A stretch of DNA of 61,076 nt from Patescibacteria group bacterium. GTDB taxonomy: Bacteria > Patescibacteriota > Minisyncoccia > GWC2-36-17 > M10-OD1-4. The notes below the pieces were generated by a model. It worked only from the letters and a program-made list of their open reading frames with translations. It did not search any database and was not told where the DNA came from. Of this stretch, positions 27,053 through 37,000 are shown in pieces. Made by a program: the position numbers and the translations under genes. The stretch lies in NCBI GenBank assembly GCA_038061695.1, contig JBBTYT010000005.1, positions 1 to 61,076 on the forward strand. Reading direction: 5' to 3'. Position 1 is the stretch's first letter. Each line of letters opens with the position of its first letter.

Positions 27053-28330
27053 TCAGTAGCTTCTATACTTAGCAAGGGGATTATTTGCGCCCCTAACCTC
27101 AAAGTGAAGATGGCATCCTGTTGATTTGCCTGATCCTTGCATTCTAAATAGCTTTCCATTAACATATTCAAACCCTCCACCCATACTCCCTATCTCTTGA
27201 CCCTTCTTGACAAATTGTCCAGATTCCACAGAAATATCCTTCATATGAGCATACAATGTTGCAGTTCCATTAGGATGTGTAATTTTTACATGATTTCCAT
27301 AACCGCCAAAAACAGTTGCTCCGAACTTTGATCTTGATTTTGTCGTTAATGCTGTTGCAACAAGACCGTCAGCAGCGGAATAAATAGGAGAGCCACACTT
27401 ATTTGCCACATCAACTCCATTATAACCATGGACTCCTTGAGACCTAACTCCTTTAGCTGGAAATATAAAATACGAATCTGCATTTACAGTAGATTTGGAA
27501 TAAGTTACTACCGTCTTTGTTTTTGCCACTGCATATACTATAGGCATCTCACCATCAGGAATAATTAAAATTTCACCTAATTGAAGCGCGCCATCTAGAG
27601 ACAAACTATTAAATGTTATAATATCCTCTTTTTTCACTTTATATTTTTTAGCTATCGCAACAATTGTGTCTCCTTTTTTTACATCATGTTGAATTCCTGT
27701 TACTGGTAAAATTTTTAATTCTTGACCCTCTTTAATATAACTTAAAGAATTTAAATTATTTGCCCATAAAACAGTATTTATTGTTACGCCAAACTCTGCG
27801 GCAATCTTTGAAATAGTATCGCCTTGTTCAACTTTATAGATTATGGTTTCTGATCTATCATTCTCAGAAGCAACCGTTGTTAAAGATGCTAATCCAGGAA
27901 TCAAAGAATCATCTCCAGTTGTTGAAATATCAGTATAATCTAAATCTCCCTGATCGTTAGGTCCGCCTTTTGCTTCTTGTATATCAGCATCAACTTCATT
28001 ATAACTCAATGAATCTTTATTATGAAAATTTTGTATATTAATCACACTCGTTCGTATAGCTGTATTCGGAAGATTTAAGGATTTTACATCTAAGTAATCT
28101 AAGGAGAAGATGGAATCAAAAGCAGAAACTCTGCCAGTGCTCTCCATTAGATTAAGAAGAAAGACTAAAATAAAAAGAGAAAAGACAAATGAATAGGTAA
28201 AGTTAACTCTAAAAAATCTATATATGCTTATTATATACCTTAAAGCCTTTCTTAACGAAAATAAAAATAAACTGCCAGTCCAAACTGTGAAGTTTTTCGC
28301 TCCAATACTATCTATTTTACCCTTTAACAA
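27053..28330 (-). CDS. LysM-repeat M23-family peptidoglycan endopeptidase
   Basis: Three LysM units (YKVEQGDTISKIAAEFGV, HDVKKGDTIVAIAKKYKV, and others). The C-terminal M23 region has GVDVA...HVKITHPNG..TLYAHM...TGCHLHFEVR. TTG start, so the start is uncertain. Confidence 0.9.
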   Translation of the reverse strand: MLKGKIDSIGAKNFTVWTGSLFLFSLRKALRYIISIYRFFRVNFTYSFVFSLFILVFLLNLMESTGRVSAFDSIFSLDYLDVKSLNLPNTAIRTSVINIQNFHNKDSLSYNEVDADIQEAKGGPNDQGDLDYTDISTTGDDSLIPGLASLTTVASENDRSETIIYKVEQGDTISKIAAEFGVTINTVLWANNLNSLSYIKEGQELKILPVTGIQHDVKKGDTIVAIAKKYKVKKEDIITFNSLSLDGALQLGEILIIPDGEMPIVYAVAKTKTVVTYSKSTVNADSYFIFPAKGVRSQGVHGYNGVDVANKCGSPIYSAADGLVATALTTKSRSKFGATVFGGYGNHVKITHPNGTATLYAHMKDISVESGQFVKKGQEIGSMGGGFEYVNGKLFRMQGSGKSTGCHLHFEVRGANNPLAKYRSY

Positions 28331-28482
28331 AGAGTAAAAATTTTGTTTTTCAGTAAAAATATTATCTAAATTAAGTATTAATAAGAATTAACCACCATAA
28401 TTAGACATTACTGCATTTTTTTGATACTTTATTATATATAGAATATCAAAAATTTCATAAAAAGTCAATTAACTTATTAAGA

Positions 28483-30402
28483 TTGTCAACCCTTTTAAAT
28501 AACTTAAATGAACCGCAAAAAGAGGCTGTCCAAACGATGAATGGACCGCTTTTAGTTATTGCTGGCGCAGGATCAGGCAAAACAAAACTCCTAACATGCA
28601 AAATAGCATATTTAATAGAAAAGGGTATAAAACCTTATAATATTCTTGCCGTAACTTTTACCAATAAAGCGGCTGGGGAAATGAAAGAACGCGTAAAAAA
28701 GCTAGCCCAAAATATAAAAATAAGCGTTGATGGTTTAAATATAGGAACATTCCATTCTATCTGTATGATAATCTTAAGAGAAAATACAGACTTAGTAGGA
28801 ATTAAGAAAAACTTCGTAATTTTTGATAGTGATGATCAAATATCTCTTATAAAAACTATATTAAAAGAAGAAAATCTTGATCCAGAAAAGTTTAAACCAA
28901 GGACATTTCAATCAAAAATATCCAATTTAAAAAGTAACTTAAAAAGTCCCTCCGCTTTTGAAAATGAGGCCTCTGACTATATATCCAAAATAACATCAAA
29001 AATTTATACAAAATATCAGCAATATATCAAAGAGTATAATGCTGTTGACTTTGATGATATTATTATGTTTTGTGTAAAATTATTCCAAAATAATCAAGAA
29101 ATACTCGAAAAATATCAAGAAAAATTCAAATATATACTAATAGATGAATATCAAGATACAAATTCCGCTCAATATAATCTGGTGAAACTCCTAGCTCAAA
29201 AACATCACAATATATGTGTGGTTGGTGATAATGATCAAGCTATTTATGGCTGGCGAGCGGCTGATTACAAAAATATTCTGAATTTTGAAAAGGATTATCC
29301 GAGCGTAAAAGAGATAATACTTGATGAGAACTACAGATCAACAAAAAACATTATAAATGCGGCTAATGGAATAATCGTAAAAAATAAAGCTAGGAAGGAA
29401 AAAAATCTGTTCACTTCAAATGAAAAAGGAGGAAAAATAAACCTTATTTTAGCATCTTCTGAGCGAAAAGAGTCAGAATTTATCACAAAAAAGATAAAAG
29501 AGTTAGCTAAAAAAGAGAATAGACCATTCTCAGACTTCGTTATTCTCTATAGGGCAAATGCTCAATCTCGCGCAGTGGAAGAGGAATTTATGAAAGCATC
29601 TCTGCCTTACAAGATAATAGGCGGATTTAAATTCTATCAAAGAAAAGAAGTGAAAGATATCATCGCCTATCTACGCTATATCCATAATGAAAGTGACAAA
29701 ACTAGCTTTCAAAGAGTTGTAAATACACCGGCAAGAGGAATTGGCAAAGTAACATTAGATAAATATTTACAAACAGGCGAGATATCAAAAAATCTTCAAT
29801 CATTCTTTCAGATGATAGCTTCATTGAAGGAAGATATGAAAAGTATCTCTCTTTCTAGACTAATACGAGAAATAGCAAAAAAAAGCAAAATAGAAGAAAA
29901 TCTAAAAGACGGAACAAAAGAAGGTGAATCAAAACTGGAAAATGTTTTAGAACTTATATCAGTCGCATCAATCTATGACAAAGAGGAAAACGCCATATCA
30001 AAATTCTTAGAGAATATAGCTTTAATATCGGATCAAGATGATGTAGATCAAGAAAAACCGCTTGTAAATTTAATGACTATTCATGCCTCAAAAGGACTTG
30101 AATTTGATGTAGTATTTATTTTGGGAATGGAAGATGGTATATTCCCTCATGAAAGAAGTAAAAACTCCACTGAAGAGCTTGAGGAGGAACGACGACTTTG
30201 TTATGTCGCATTAACAAGAGCCAAAAAAAATATTTATCTTCTTCATACTGAGAAAAGAAATATATTCGGAAGAACAGAAACAAACCCGCCATCAAGATTC
30301 CTTTATGACATACCTCAAGAGTTAATAGAATTTGAACAATATCCAACAGCTGAATTTAAATTCAGAGATGAAATGGAGGAGGGAATAATAGACTTTGAAT
30401 AA
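28483..30402 (+). CDS. pcrA: UvrD/PcrA-family ATP-dependent DNA helicase
   Basis: LNEPQKEAV, Walker A AGAGSGKT, ILAVTFTNKAAGEM, DEYQDTN, YRS, TIHASKGLEFDVVF, LCYVALTRAK. TTG start. Confidence 0.92.
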   Translation: MSTLLNNLNEPQKEAVQTMNGPLLVIAGAGSGKTKLLTCKIAYLIEKGIKPYNILAVTFTNKAAGEMKERVKKLAQNIKISVDGLNIGTFHSICMIILRENTDLVGIKKNFVIFDSDDQISLIKTILKEENLDPEKFKPRTFQSKISNLKSNLKSPSAFENEASDYISKITSKIYTKYQQYIKEYNAVDFDDIIMFCVKLFQNNQEILEKYQEKFKYILIDEYQDTNSAQYNLVKLLAQKHHNICVVGDNDQAIYGWRAADYKNILNFEKDYPSVKEIILDENYRSTKNIINAANGIIVKNKARKEKNLFTSNEKGGKINLILASSERKESEFITKKIKELAKKENRPFSDFVILYRANAQSRAVEEEFMKASLPYKIIGGFKFYQRKEVKDIIAYLRYIHNESDKTSFQRVVNTPARGIGKVTLDKYLQTGEISKNLQSFFQMIASLKEDMKSISLSRLIREIAKKSKIEENLKDGTKEGESKLENVLELISVASIYDKEENAISKFLENIALISDQDDVDQEKPLVNLMTIHASKGLEFDVVFILGMEDGIFPHERSKNSTEELEEERRLCYVALTRAKKNIYLLHTEKRNIFGRTETNPPSRFLYDIPQELIEFEQYPTAEFKFRDEMEEGIIDFE

Positions 30403-30489
30403 TAGTGTCGTATTCACTCTTTGTTAGTGTCGTATTTGCAAAAATCTCTTTATTTATGCTATACTTTTAAAGCATAAAAAGTGTCGTAA
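30403..30489 (+). promoter_or_regulatory. three operator-like repeats upstream of fic
   Basis: TAGTGTCGTATT occurs at 30403-30414 and identically at 30425-30436 (22-bp spacing). AGTGTCGTAA occurs at 30480-30489, 7 nt before the ATG. Inverted repeat TTATGCT/AGCATAA lies at 30454-30477. Confidence 0.4.
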
Positions 30490-30495
30490 ATAAGA

Positions 30496-31527
30496 ATGTA
30501 CAAACCAAATTTTGAAATAACTCCTAAAATATTAGACCTGATATCCAAGATATCTTCCGCTAGAGAGACGATTTTTTCCGCTCAATTAATCCCTCAATGG
30601 GAAGTTTCTTTGCGTCGTGATGCTATTCTTAATAACGCTCACGCTTCAACAAATATTGAGGGAAACACCCTTTCTAAAAATGAGGTTACAGAACTCTCTT
30701 TGGGAAGAGATGTTTTAAAAACAAAAAAGGAAAAACAGGAAGTTTTAAACTACTTGAGCGCTCTTTCTAATTTGGAAAAATTAACTAAAAATAAAAATAT
30801 CACAAAAAAAAATATCTTAAAAGCCCACAAATGGATAGTAAAAGAAACTTTAGAAAATAAAGAATGGGAGGGCGCCTGCAGAAATATTCAAGTATACATC
30901 GGCAACACAAAGACCGGTATCATCTCTTTTGTTCCGCCAAAACCGGAAGAGATAGAAGAACAATTAGATTCTTTTCTAAGCTGGCTTAACTCGGATCACA
31001 AAATACATCCCATACTTGAGGCCGGCATAACGCACTATGAGATTGCGCGTATTCATCCTTTCGCAGATGGCAATGGAAGATTAGCAAGATTTATTGCCAC
31101 ATGGATATTAGTAAACAGAGGGTTTGATATTAAAAGATTCTTTGCATTAGATGATTATTATAATAGTGATAGAAGAAACTATTATGAAGCTTTAAAAACA
31201 GTAGATAGAGAGACAATAAATATAACAAAATGGCTTGAATATTTTATAGATGGAGTTGCTGTCTCATCTGAAGCTACGAAGAAAAAAGTTCTAATGCTTT
31301 CTGGCGGAAAGAAAAAATCCGGCACCAAACAAATAACTCTCGCAGAAAGAGAGATAAAAATAATAGAATATATAAACCGCCATAGCCAAATAACAAATAG
31401 CGAGACACAAAGAATATTAAATGTAAAAAGACAAGTCGCAACAAAAGAACTTGCCAAGCTTGTGAAAAAAAATGTTATTAGAAAAATCGGCACATACAAA
31501 GATGCAAAATATATTTTAAAAGATTAA
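30496..31527 (+). CDS. Fic-family protein (class II, N-terminal inhibitory helix) with C-terminal winged-helix domain
   Basis: Canonical Fic motif HPFADGNGRLAR. The inhibitory-helix motif S-x-x-x-E-G is seen as STNIEG. C-terminal HTH: ITNSETQRILNVKRQVATKELAKLVKKNVI. Confidence 0.9.
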   Translation: MYKPNFEITPKILDLISKISSARETIFSAQLIPQWEVSLRRDAILNNAHASTNIEGNTLSKNEVTELSLGRDVLKTKKEKQEVLNYLSALSNLEKLTKNKNITKKNILKAHKWIVKETLENKEWEGACRNIQVYIGNTKTGIISFVPPKPEEIEEQLDSFLSWLNSDHKIHPILEAGITHYEIARIHPFADGNGRLARFIATWILVNRGFDIKRFFALDDYYNSDRRNYYEALKTVDRETINITKWLEYFIDGVAVSSEATKKKVLMLSGGKKKSGTKQITLAEREIKIIEYINRHSQITNSETQRILNVKRQVATKELAKLVKKNVIRKIGTYKDAKYILKD

Positions 31528-31554
31528 TTATTTTAAGTTAGGAATTCCTGAACA

Positions 31555-32418
31555 ATGAATTTAACATCTCAAACAGAAATAAAAAAACTACTAAATGAAA
31601 TTGGAGCAAACCCAAAAAAACACTATGGTCAAAATTTCCTTGTAAATAAAGGGATTTTGGAGAAAATTATTACATATTCAGATATTAATGAAGATGATAT
31701 TATTCTTGAAATAGGACCTGGACTTGGCACCTTGACAAAAGAGCTTTCAAAAAAAGCGAAAAAAGTCATTGTCATTGAAAAAGATTTTGATATGTTAAAT
31801 ATTTTAAAAAAAGTTTTAATATCAGAAAATATTAAAAATGTTGAAATTATAAATGGAGATGTTTTAAAATTAGATATAGCCAAACTCAAAATAAAAAAAT
31901 ACAAATTAATAGCAAATATTCCTTACTATTTAACATCTGCCTTGATAAGAAAATTTTTGGAAGAAAAACTCCGGCCGGAAAAAATAATCTTAATGATGCA
32001 AAAAGAAGTGGCTCAAAGAATTTGCGCAAAAGAAAAAATGAACTTACTCTCTTTGTCTGTTCTCTTTTACGCAACGCCGAAAATTCTTTTCTCTGTTTCC
32101 AAAGGATCATTCTGGCCTATTCCAAATGTAGATTCAGTTCTCATCAAAATAACTCCCAATGAAAAACCATTGATGGAGCCTTCTATATTTTTCAAATTTA
32201 TAAAAGCCGGCTTCTCCTCTCCAAGAAAACTGCTTATAAGCAACTTGTCAGAAAACTTAAAAATAGACAAGGAAAAAATGAAAGATATTTTTAAAAAAAC
32301 AAACTTAGACGAGAAAACAAGAGCTGAAGATCTAACTATACAAAACTGGCTAAAACTTATACACATAACAATCATAAAGATAAACTTGGAGAGTAGGACA
32401 CCAAATGATATTATATAA
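31555..32418 (+). CDS. rsmA: 16S rRNA (adenine1518/1519-N6)-dimethyltransferase
   Basis: KKHYGQNFLVNKGILEKI...ILEIGPGLGTLT...IANIPYYLTS. Confidence 0.95.
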   Translation: MNLTSQTEIKKLLNEIGANPKKHYGQNFLVNKGILEKIITYSDINEDDIILEIGPGLGTLTKELSKKAKKVIVIEKDFDMLNILKKVLISENIKNVEIINGDVLKLDIAKLKIKKYKLIANIPYYLTSALIRKFLEEKLRPEKIILMMQKEVAQRICAKEKMNLLSLSVLFYATPKILFSVSKGSFWPIPNVDSVLIKITPNEKPLMEPSIFFKFIKAGFSSPRKLLISNLSENLKIDKEKMKDIFKKTNLDEKTRAEDLTIQNWLKLIHITIIKINLESRTPNDII

Positions 32419-32443
32419 ATATACATAAAAAAACAGAAAGATA

Positions 32444-32923
32444 ATGGAAAATTTTGAAGAAAATTATACACAAAGATTGAATCAAGCAAGAGCCTCAGAG
32501 CGACTACAAGCAAATGCAGAATTATCTGATAATCTTGAAGACGAGGAAGATGAGGAAGATGATATGACCTTAGAATTAGAAAACCCGCCAAAACATCCAT
32601 CTTTTCCTTTTATTATAATGCTTTGCGCTGTTTTAAAAGATATGTCAGATGTTCTAACTGCCGGATTTTTAGGAATTATAACATCAGCTTTTTTTGGTCT
32701 TCTTATATTCTTTTGGATAATGCTTCAAGATACAGGCATTATAAGAAAGTTACTCATAAAAAAAGTCGTTTTGAGAATTGTATTGGCATTATTGATAGGA
32801 TTAATTCCTATAGCTGGAGCTATAATACCGGAAGCGACTATATTGGTTTTATTAATATATTTAAATCATTATAAGATAGTTAATAATTTTTATGCGACTT
32901 TGGAAAAAATTGAGATAGTTTAA
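32444..32923 (+). CDS. hypothetical small membrane protein (acidic N-terminus, about 3 TM helices)
   Basis: DNLEDEEDEEDD tract followed by hydrophobic helices. No family recognised. Confidence 0.55.
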   Translation: MENFEENYTQRLNQARASERLQANAELSDNLEDEEDEEDDMTLELENPPKHPSFPFIIMLCAVLKDMSDVLTAGFLGIITSAFFGLLIFFWIMLQDTGIIRKLLIKKVVLRIVLALLIGLIPIAGAIIPEATILVLLIYLNHYKIVNNFYATLEKIEIV

Positions 32924-32954
32924 CTTGATAAAATAACTATCCACAGTTAAAAAA

Positions 32955-32984
32955 TTCTTATTTTACCTTTCTTTATGGTATAAT
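32955..32984 (+). promoter_or_regulatory. extended -10 promoter for the T4SS-like operon
   Basis: TGGTATAAT (TGn + TATAAT at 32979-32984) with a weak -35 TTCTTA 18 nt upstream. A DnaA-box-like CTATCCACA (32937-32945) lies just upstream. Confidence 0.5.
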
Positions 32985-33016
32985 TTAAATTAAAGAAAAT
33001 TTAACTTTCAATATAA

Positions 33017-33988
33017 ATGATTGATGAAAAAAGAAAGTTTTCTATTCAGAAAGGGAATGTGATAATTCCTGTTGTTTTGATTTTAGGCGTATTCATTGGC
33101 GGAGTTGTTGTCTTGCAAACAAAAGGAATCGGGGCGAGCCTAATATCAGAGGGTAAGAAGATATTCATACCGGTAGCAGATGAACCAGATGCAGACCCTG
33201 ATAGCGATGGACTTAAAAATTGGGAGGAAACAACTTACAAAACAGATCCGAGAAAATTTGATACGGATGATGACGGCTACTCTGATGGCGAAGAAGTTTT
33301 ATCCGGATATAACCCGATAAAGCCAGCTCCAAATGATGCGCTAGAAGGAACAGATACAACAACGCCAAGACCAACTCCAAAAAATTTAACAGAATATCTA
33401 TCTCAACTAATAATAGATAAAGTGGCAACAGGAGAATTTAAGCCTGTTTCTGATGCAGATACAGCTCCTGACTCCGCACTAATTAACAACGAAGAGATCC
33501 TAAGCGAAGCTCTTGTCCATATCGCGGCAACAGCAGAGAGAGAGTTCGTTTTATCAAGAATAAATGACTCAGAAATTAAAATATCTACAAAGGATACAAA
33601 AAAAGAAGAAGTTTTTGCATATATCGCTTCTATCTCTGCTGTTTTGGAAGATGAAAAAGTCATTACAGATATAGGACTTTCTGAAGCCGAAATAATAGAA
33701 AAAACCGTAGCTACAAAAGATAAAAAAAATATAGAAAAATTAATAGATTTTTATCAGGTTGGCATAGATAAGATTAGAAAGATTACAACACCTAAAGATT
33801 TTGCGGATATTCATAAAGAACAACTGGCAATATTTGAGCTGACAAAGAAGATATTAATTGCGATAAAAAACTTTGAAGAAGATCCTGCGACAGCGGCGGC
33901 GGCGGCAGAGAAATATCCTGATATGAAAAACATATTGGAAAATTTTACAAAAAAACTTGTTGAAAGAATGGGAAGGTATAACGAATAG
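33017..33988 (+). CDS. membrane-anchored protein with thrombospondin type-3-like Ca-binding repeats
   Basis: N-terminal TM (VIIPVVLILGVFIGGVVVL). DPDSDGLKNWEE and DTDDDGYSDGEE are DxDxDG-type repeats at about 33190-33320. Confidence 0.6.
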   Translation: MIDEKRKFSIQKGNVIIPVVLILGVFIGGVVVLQTKGIGASLISEGKKIFIPVADEPDADPDSDGLKNWEETTYKTDPRKFDTDDDGYSDGEEVLSGYNPIKPAPNDALEGTDTTTPRPTPKNLTEYLSQLIIDKVATGEFKPVSDADTAPDSALINNEEILSEALVHIAATAEREFVLSRINDSEIKISTKDTKKEEVFAYIASISAVLEDEKVITDIGLSEAEIIEKTVATKDKKNIEKLIDFYQVGIDKIRKITTPKDFADIHKEQLAIFELTKKILIAIKNFEEDPATAAAAAEKYPDMKNILENFTKKLVERMGRYNE

Positions 33989-34020
33989 GATTTATACGCT
34001 TAAACGCAATTAAAAACTTA

Positions 34021-37000
34021 ATGGGAACATTTGAGAGAATATTTAAGCCAATATCAACGCTCTTAGTTGCGATACTCATCGTCAACTCTTTTCTCTTTGC
34101 TATACTCTACTCTCCGAATCCAGCACGAGCGATATTAGGAGCAGGTGATATCGTTTCCGATCCTATCCAGACCGCATTAACAACGGTTTGGAAAGCTATA
34201 AAAACAGCTTTTGATGCCGCAAAAGCCGCCGCAGACAAAATTTGGCAAGCGTCAGTTACTTTTTTTAATACTTGGGAAAAAAGCGAAAATATAATGGCGC
34301 AAGTCTCCTATGCGCTTCTTTATGCAACAATAGAGCTAATGCTGGCAAAGATGACTACTGATATTGTAAATTGGATTAACGGCGGAGCAAAAGGATCACC
34401 GAAAGTAGCTCTGGATTTTGAAGAAATCTTTGAAGATTCGCTTGATCAAGCGGCTGGCTCTGTCATAGGTGATATTTTAGGTTTGCCAAATGGCGAGCTT
34501 TGCGACCCTAATTTCTTAAAGGTTAATCTCCCTATCTCTCTAGATACCATCCAAGCACCAACATTTCAAGAGAAGTTAAAATGTTCCTTTTCTGAAATTG
34601 GAACAAATATAAAAGATTTTGAAAAAGATTTCTCTAAAGGCGGTTGGATAGGTTGGATTAGATATGGCAAGGGCGCAAACAACCAAATTGGGGCTATGAT
34701 GATAGCAAAAGATGAGCTAGCTAAGAGAGCGGAGAAGGCTGAAAAGGCGGCAGAGCTAAAAATAACTACAGGAGACGGATTTTTACCTCAAGAAGATTGT
34801 GTAGTTACGAGAGATATAAATAAAGAGATAGAAGCTTCATTTGCGTCCTCCGGAGATGGAGATATAGTTGGTGGAATAGCAGAATTTGGAGGAAGATCTC
34901 TTATTGGCAAAAAACTTAAAAATATATTAAGCGCATATGGATATTCCAACGAAGATGATTTTAAATCTTTCTGGAATAGCTCCGGCGGAGCATTTACTTG
35001 CAAAATTAAAACTCCTGCAAAAATTATAGCTGATATAACATCTCAAACTATAACAGCTCCGTTAAAAAAATTAAATGATCAGATGCAAGCGGCGGCTAGC
35101 GAGTTAGGCTCAAAAGCACCTGCAATTCTACGGCCTTACCTCAACGCTATCTCCACCGCCGCCATCAATCTTATCATTAAAAAAGAGCAAGGCATTATCT
35201 CAGGAGTTATACGCCAAAATAAACCAAGAACTAACAAAAGACAAAATACCGATGCTTTCAGAGATTCCTCCAATACTCTCTTTGCTAGCGAGAGCTTATC
35301 AAGCTCAGCAACAGATTTACGCTCCCTTCTTATGAGAACTACTCTGGATTTTTCTCTCTTTGCAGGAGTGCTTAAAGAAGTAGTAGAAAATAAAAATATT
35401 TTATTTGAATCTCCGATTCTAGTATCAGAGCTTATTCATAGCGGGTATATTTGGTCGTCTGGATTTGGATATGGAGCAAAAGCTTCCGTTATTTGGCTTC
35501 CAAATCCTCCATACTCTGACAATCCTACTTCCGTAAACGACCCAAGTATGGATGAATTAATCTCGACTAGAACAAAAGAGGTAATAGACAAAAAAACAGC
35601 TATAGGCTATCCTACACTTCCAATTGCCGGAACTATTAATCTGGCTGGTAAAACTTGCGGAGCATTTACTCAAGAAATTACTCCTACAGTAACGACAACA
35701 TCTAACGAAACCATATCTCCACGTATAGGATATGTGAGTCTTGTAAGTATTACAAATGCTGATGGTAGTATAAGTCCTGCTGGTAGCATAATTTATAATA
35801 ACACTGTATCCGGCAACACTGGTTTTTTTAATGGTCCTCTTGGTCAAACAAGAATAATAGCTTTCAATGACAAAGGATTTATAAATCCAGATAGCCTCCC
35901 TATTCCTACCCCTATTCCTGATAGATTCGTCAGACAAATAGTTAGTCCAAGTAATCCTAATGACCTATTATCAAATACGGTAACATTCATAGATGTTGGG
36001 GGTTTTAATAGTATAGTTGTTGGAACGCCTCTTAATACTACTGATCCTAATTATGATACTACTATTTTATACACAAGCGAACTCTTTTCAGTTGGTTCAA
36101 CAGACCTTAGAGTAAGCACTTCCGGAGCAGGAGATATATATTATATAACAGGCAATAAAAATCCAGGCAACTTAATCTCCAGTGGCAATATTACTTATAC
36201 CTCAGTAGGCATAACTAGCGACTATAACTACCGTTACGCTGTCCAGCTTGGAAATGGAACTAGTGGTTCTGGACAATTTGTAAGACTACCAGAGTATAGC
36301 TCGCTAAGCTTAGCGATAACACCTGCCTATACTGATCCTGATACTTTCGCCTACATTCCTGCTATATATACAGACCCAGCCACAGAGGTTCTATTTAAAG
36401 ATATTTTCGTTGGTGGTACTATTAATTATAGTAATACTGCAAACGGACAAGCTTCATATATAAACTGTAGGAATGATAATGGGTGGTATATAAATCTTTC
36501 TACTTGTCGTTACTGGGATGGAGGTACTTCCAATGAAGTACCCGCTGAAGTAATACCACCGCTCTATACTGGTGGTAATTGCACATGGATAGACTCAGAT
36601 TTTGCAGAGCTGTCTCAAGTTCAATGCGAAAAAAATATACCTATACTAGGGTATTCTTCTCAACCGGACTTAAACCTGATCGGCATTCCAGCATACAGAA
36701 GCGACGAAAATTATAATTTAAAATATTTCTCGCCATCATTCCCTGGAGCAACTACATCAATAGAAAATAAAAGATTGATTGTCAGATATGACGACATCCT
36801 TATTGATCCATCTCAACCTGCTAGCGATACTAACCCGCCTACAACATTAAAAGATGGCGAGGATAAAGTAACTATTAACAATAGTAATCCTTTTAAGATG
36901 ACTCTGCTTGATTTCTTTCCTGAGGTAGATGAGCTACAAAATGAATTTATGGTAAAGATAAGAGTGCTTCTGGGATATACTCAAAGAACCAAAAAGAAAA

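Noticed and set aside
32067-32600. 177-aa minus-strand ORF
   Set aside because: It is antisense to the well-supported rsmA 3' end and the following plus-strand gene. Its low-complexity Phe/Leu/Ile-rich translation is typical of AT-rich antisense frames.
35557-35937. 126-aa minus-strand ORF, plus other short antisense ORFs within the giant gene and within virB4, pnp, dnaA and PBP1A
   Set aside because: They are embedded antisense in long, well-supported ORFs and have no independent signals.
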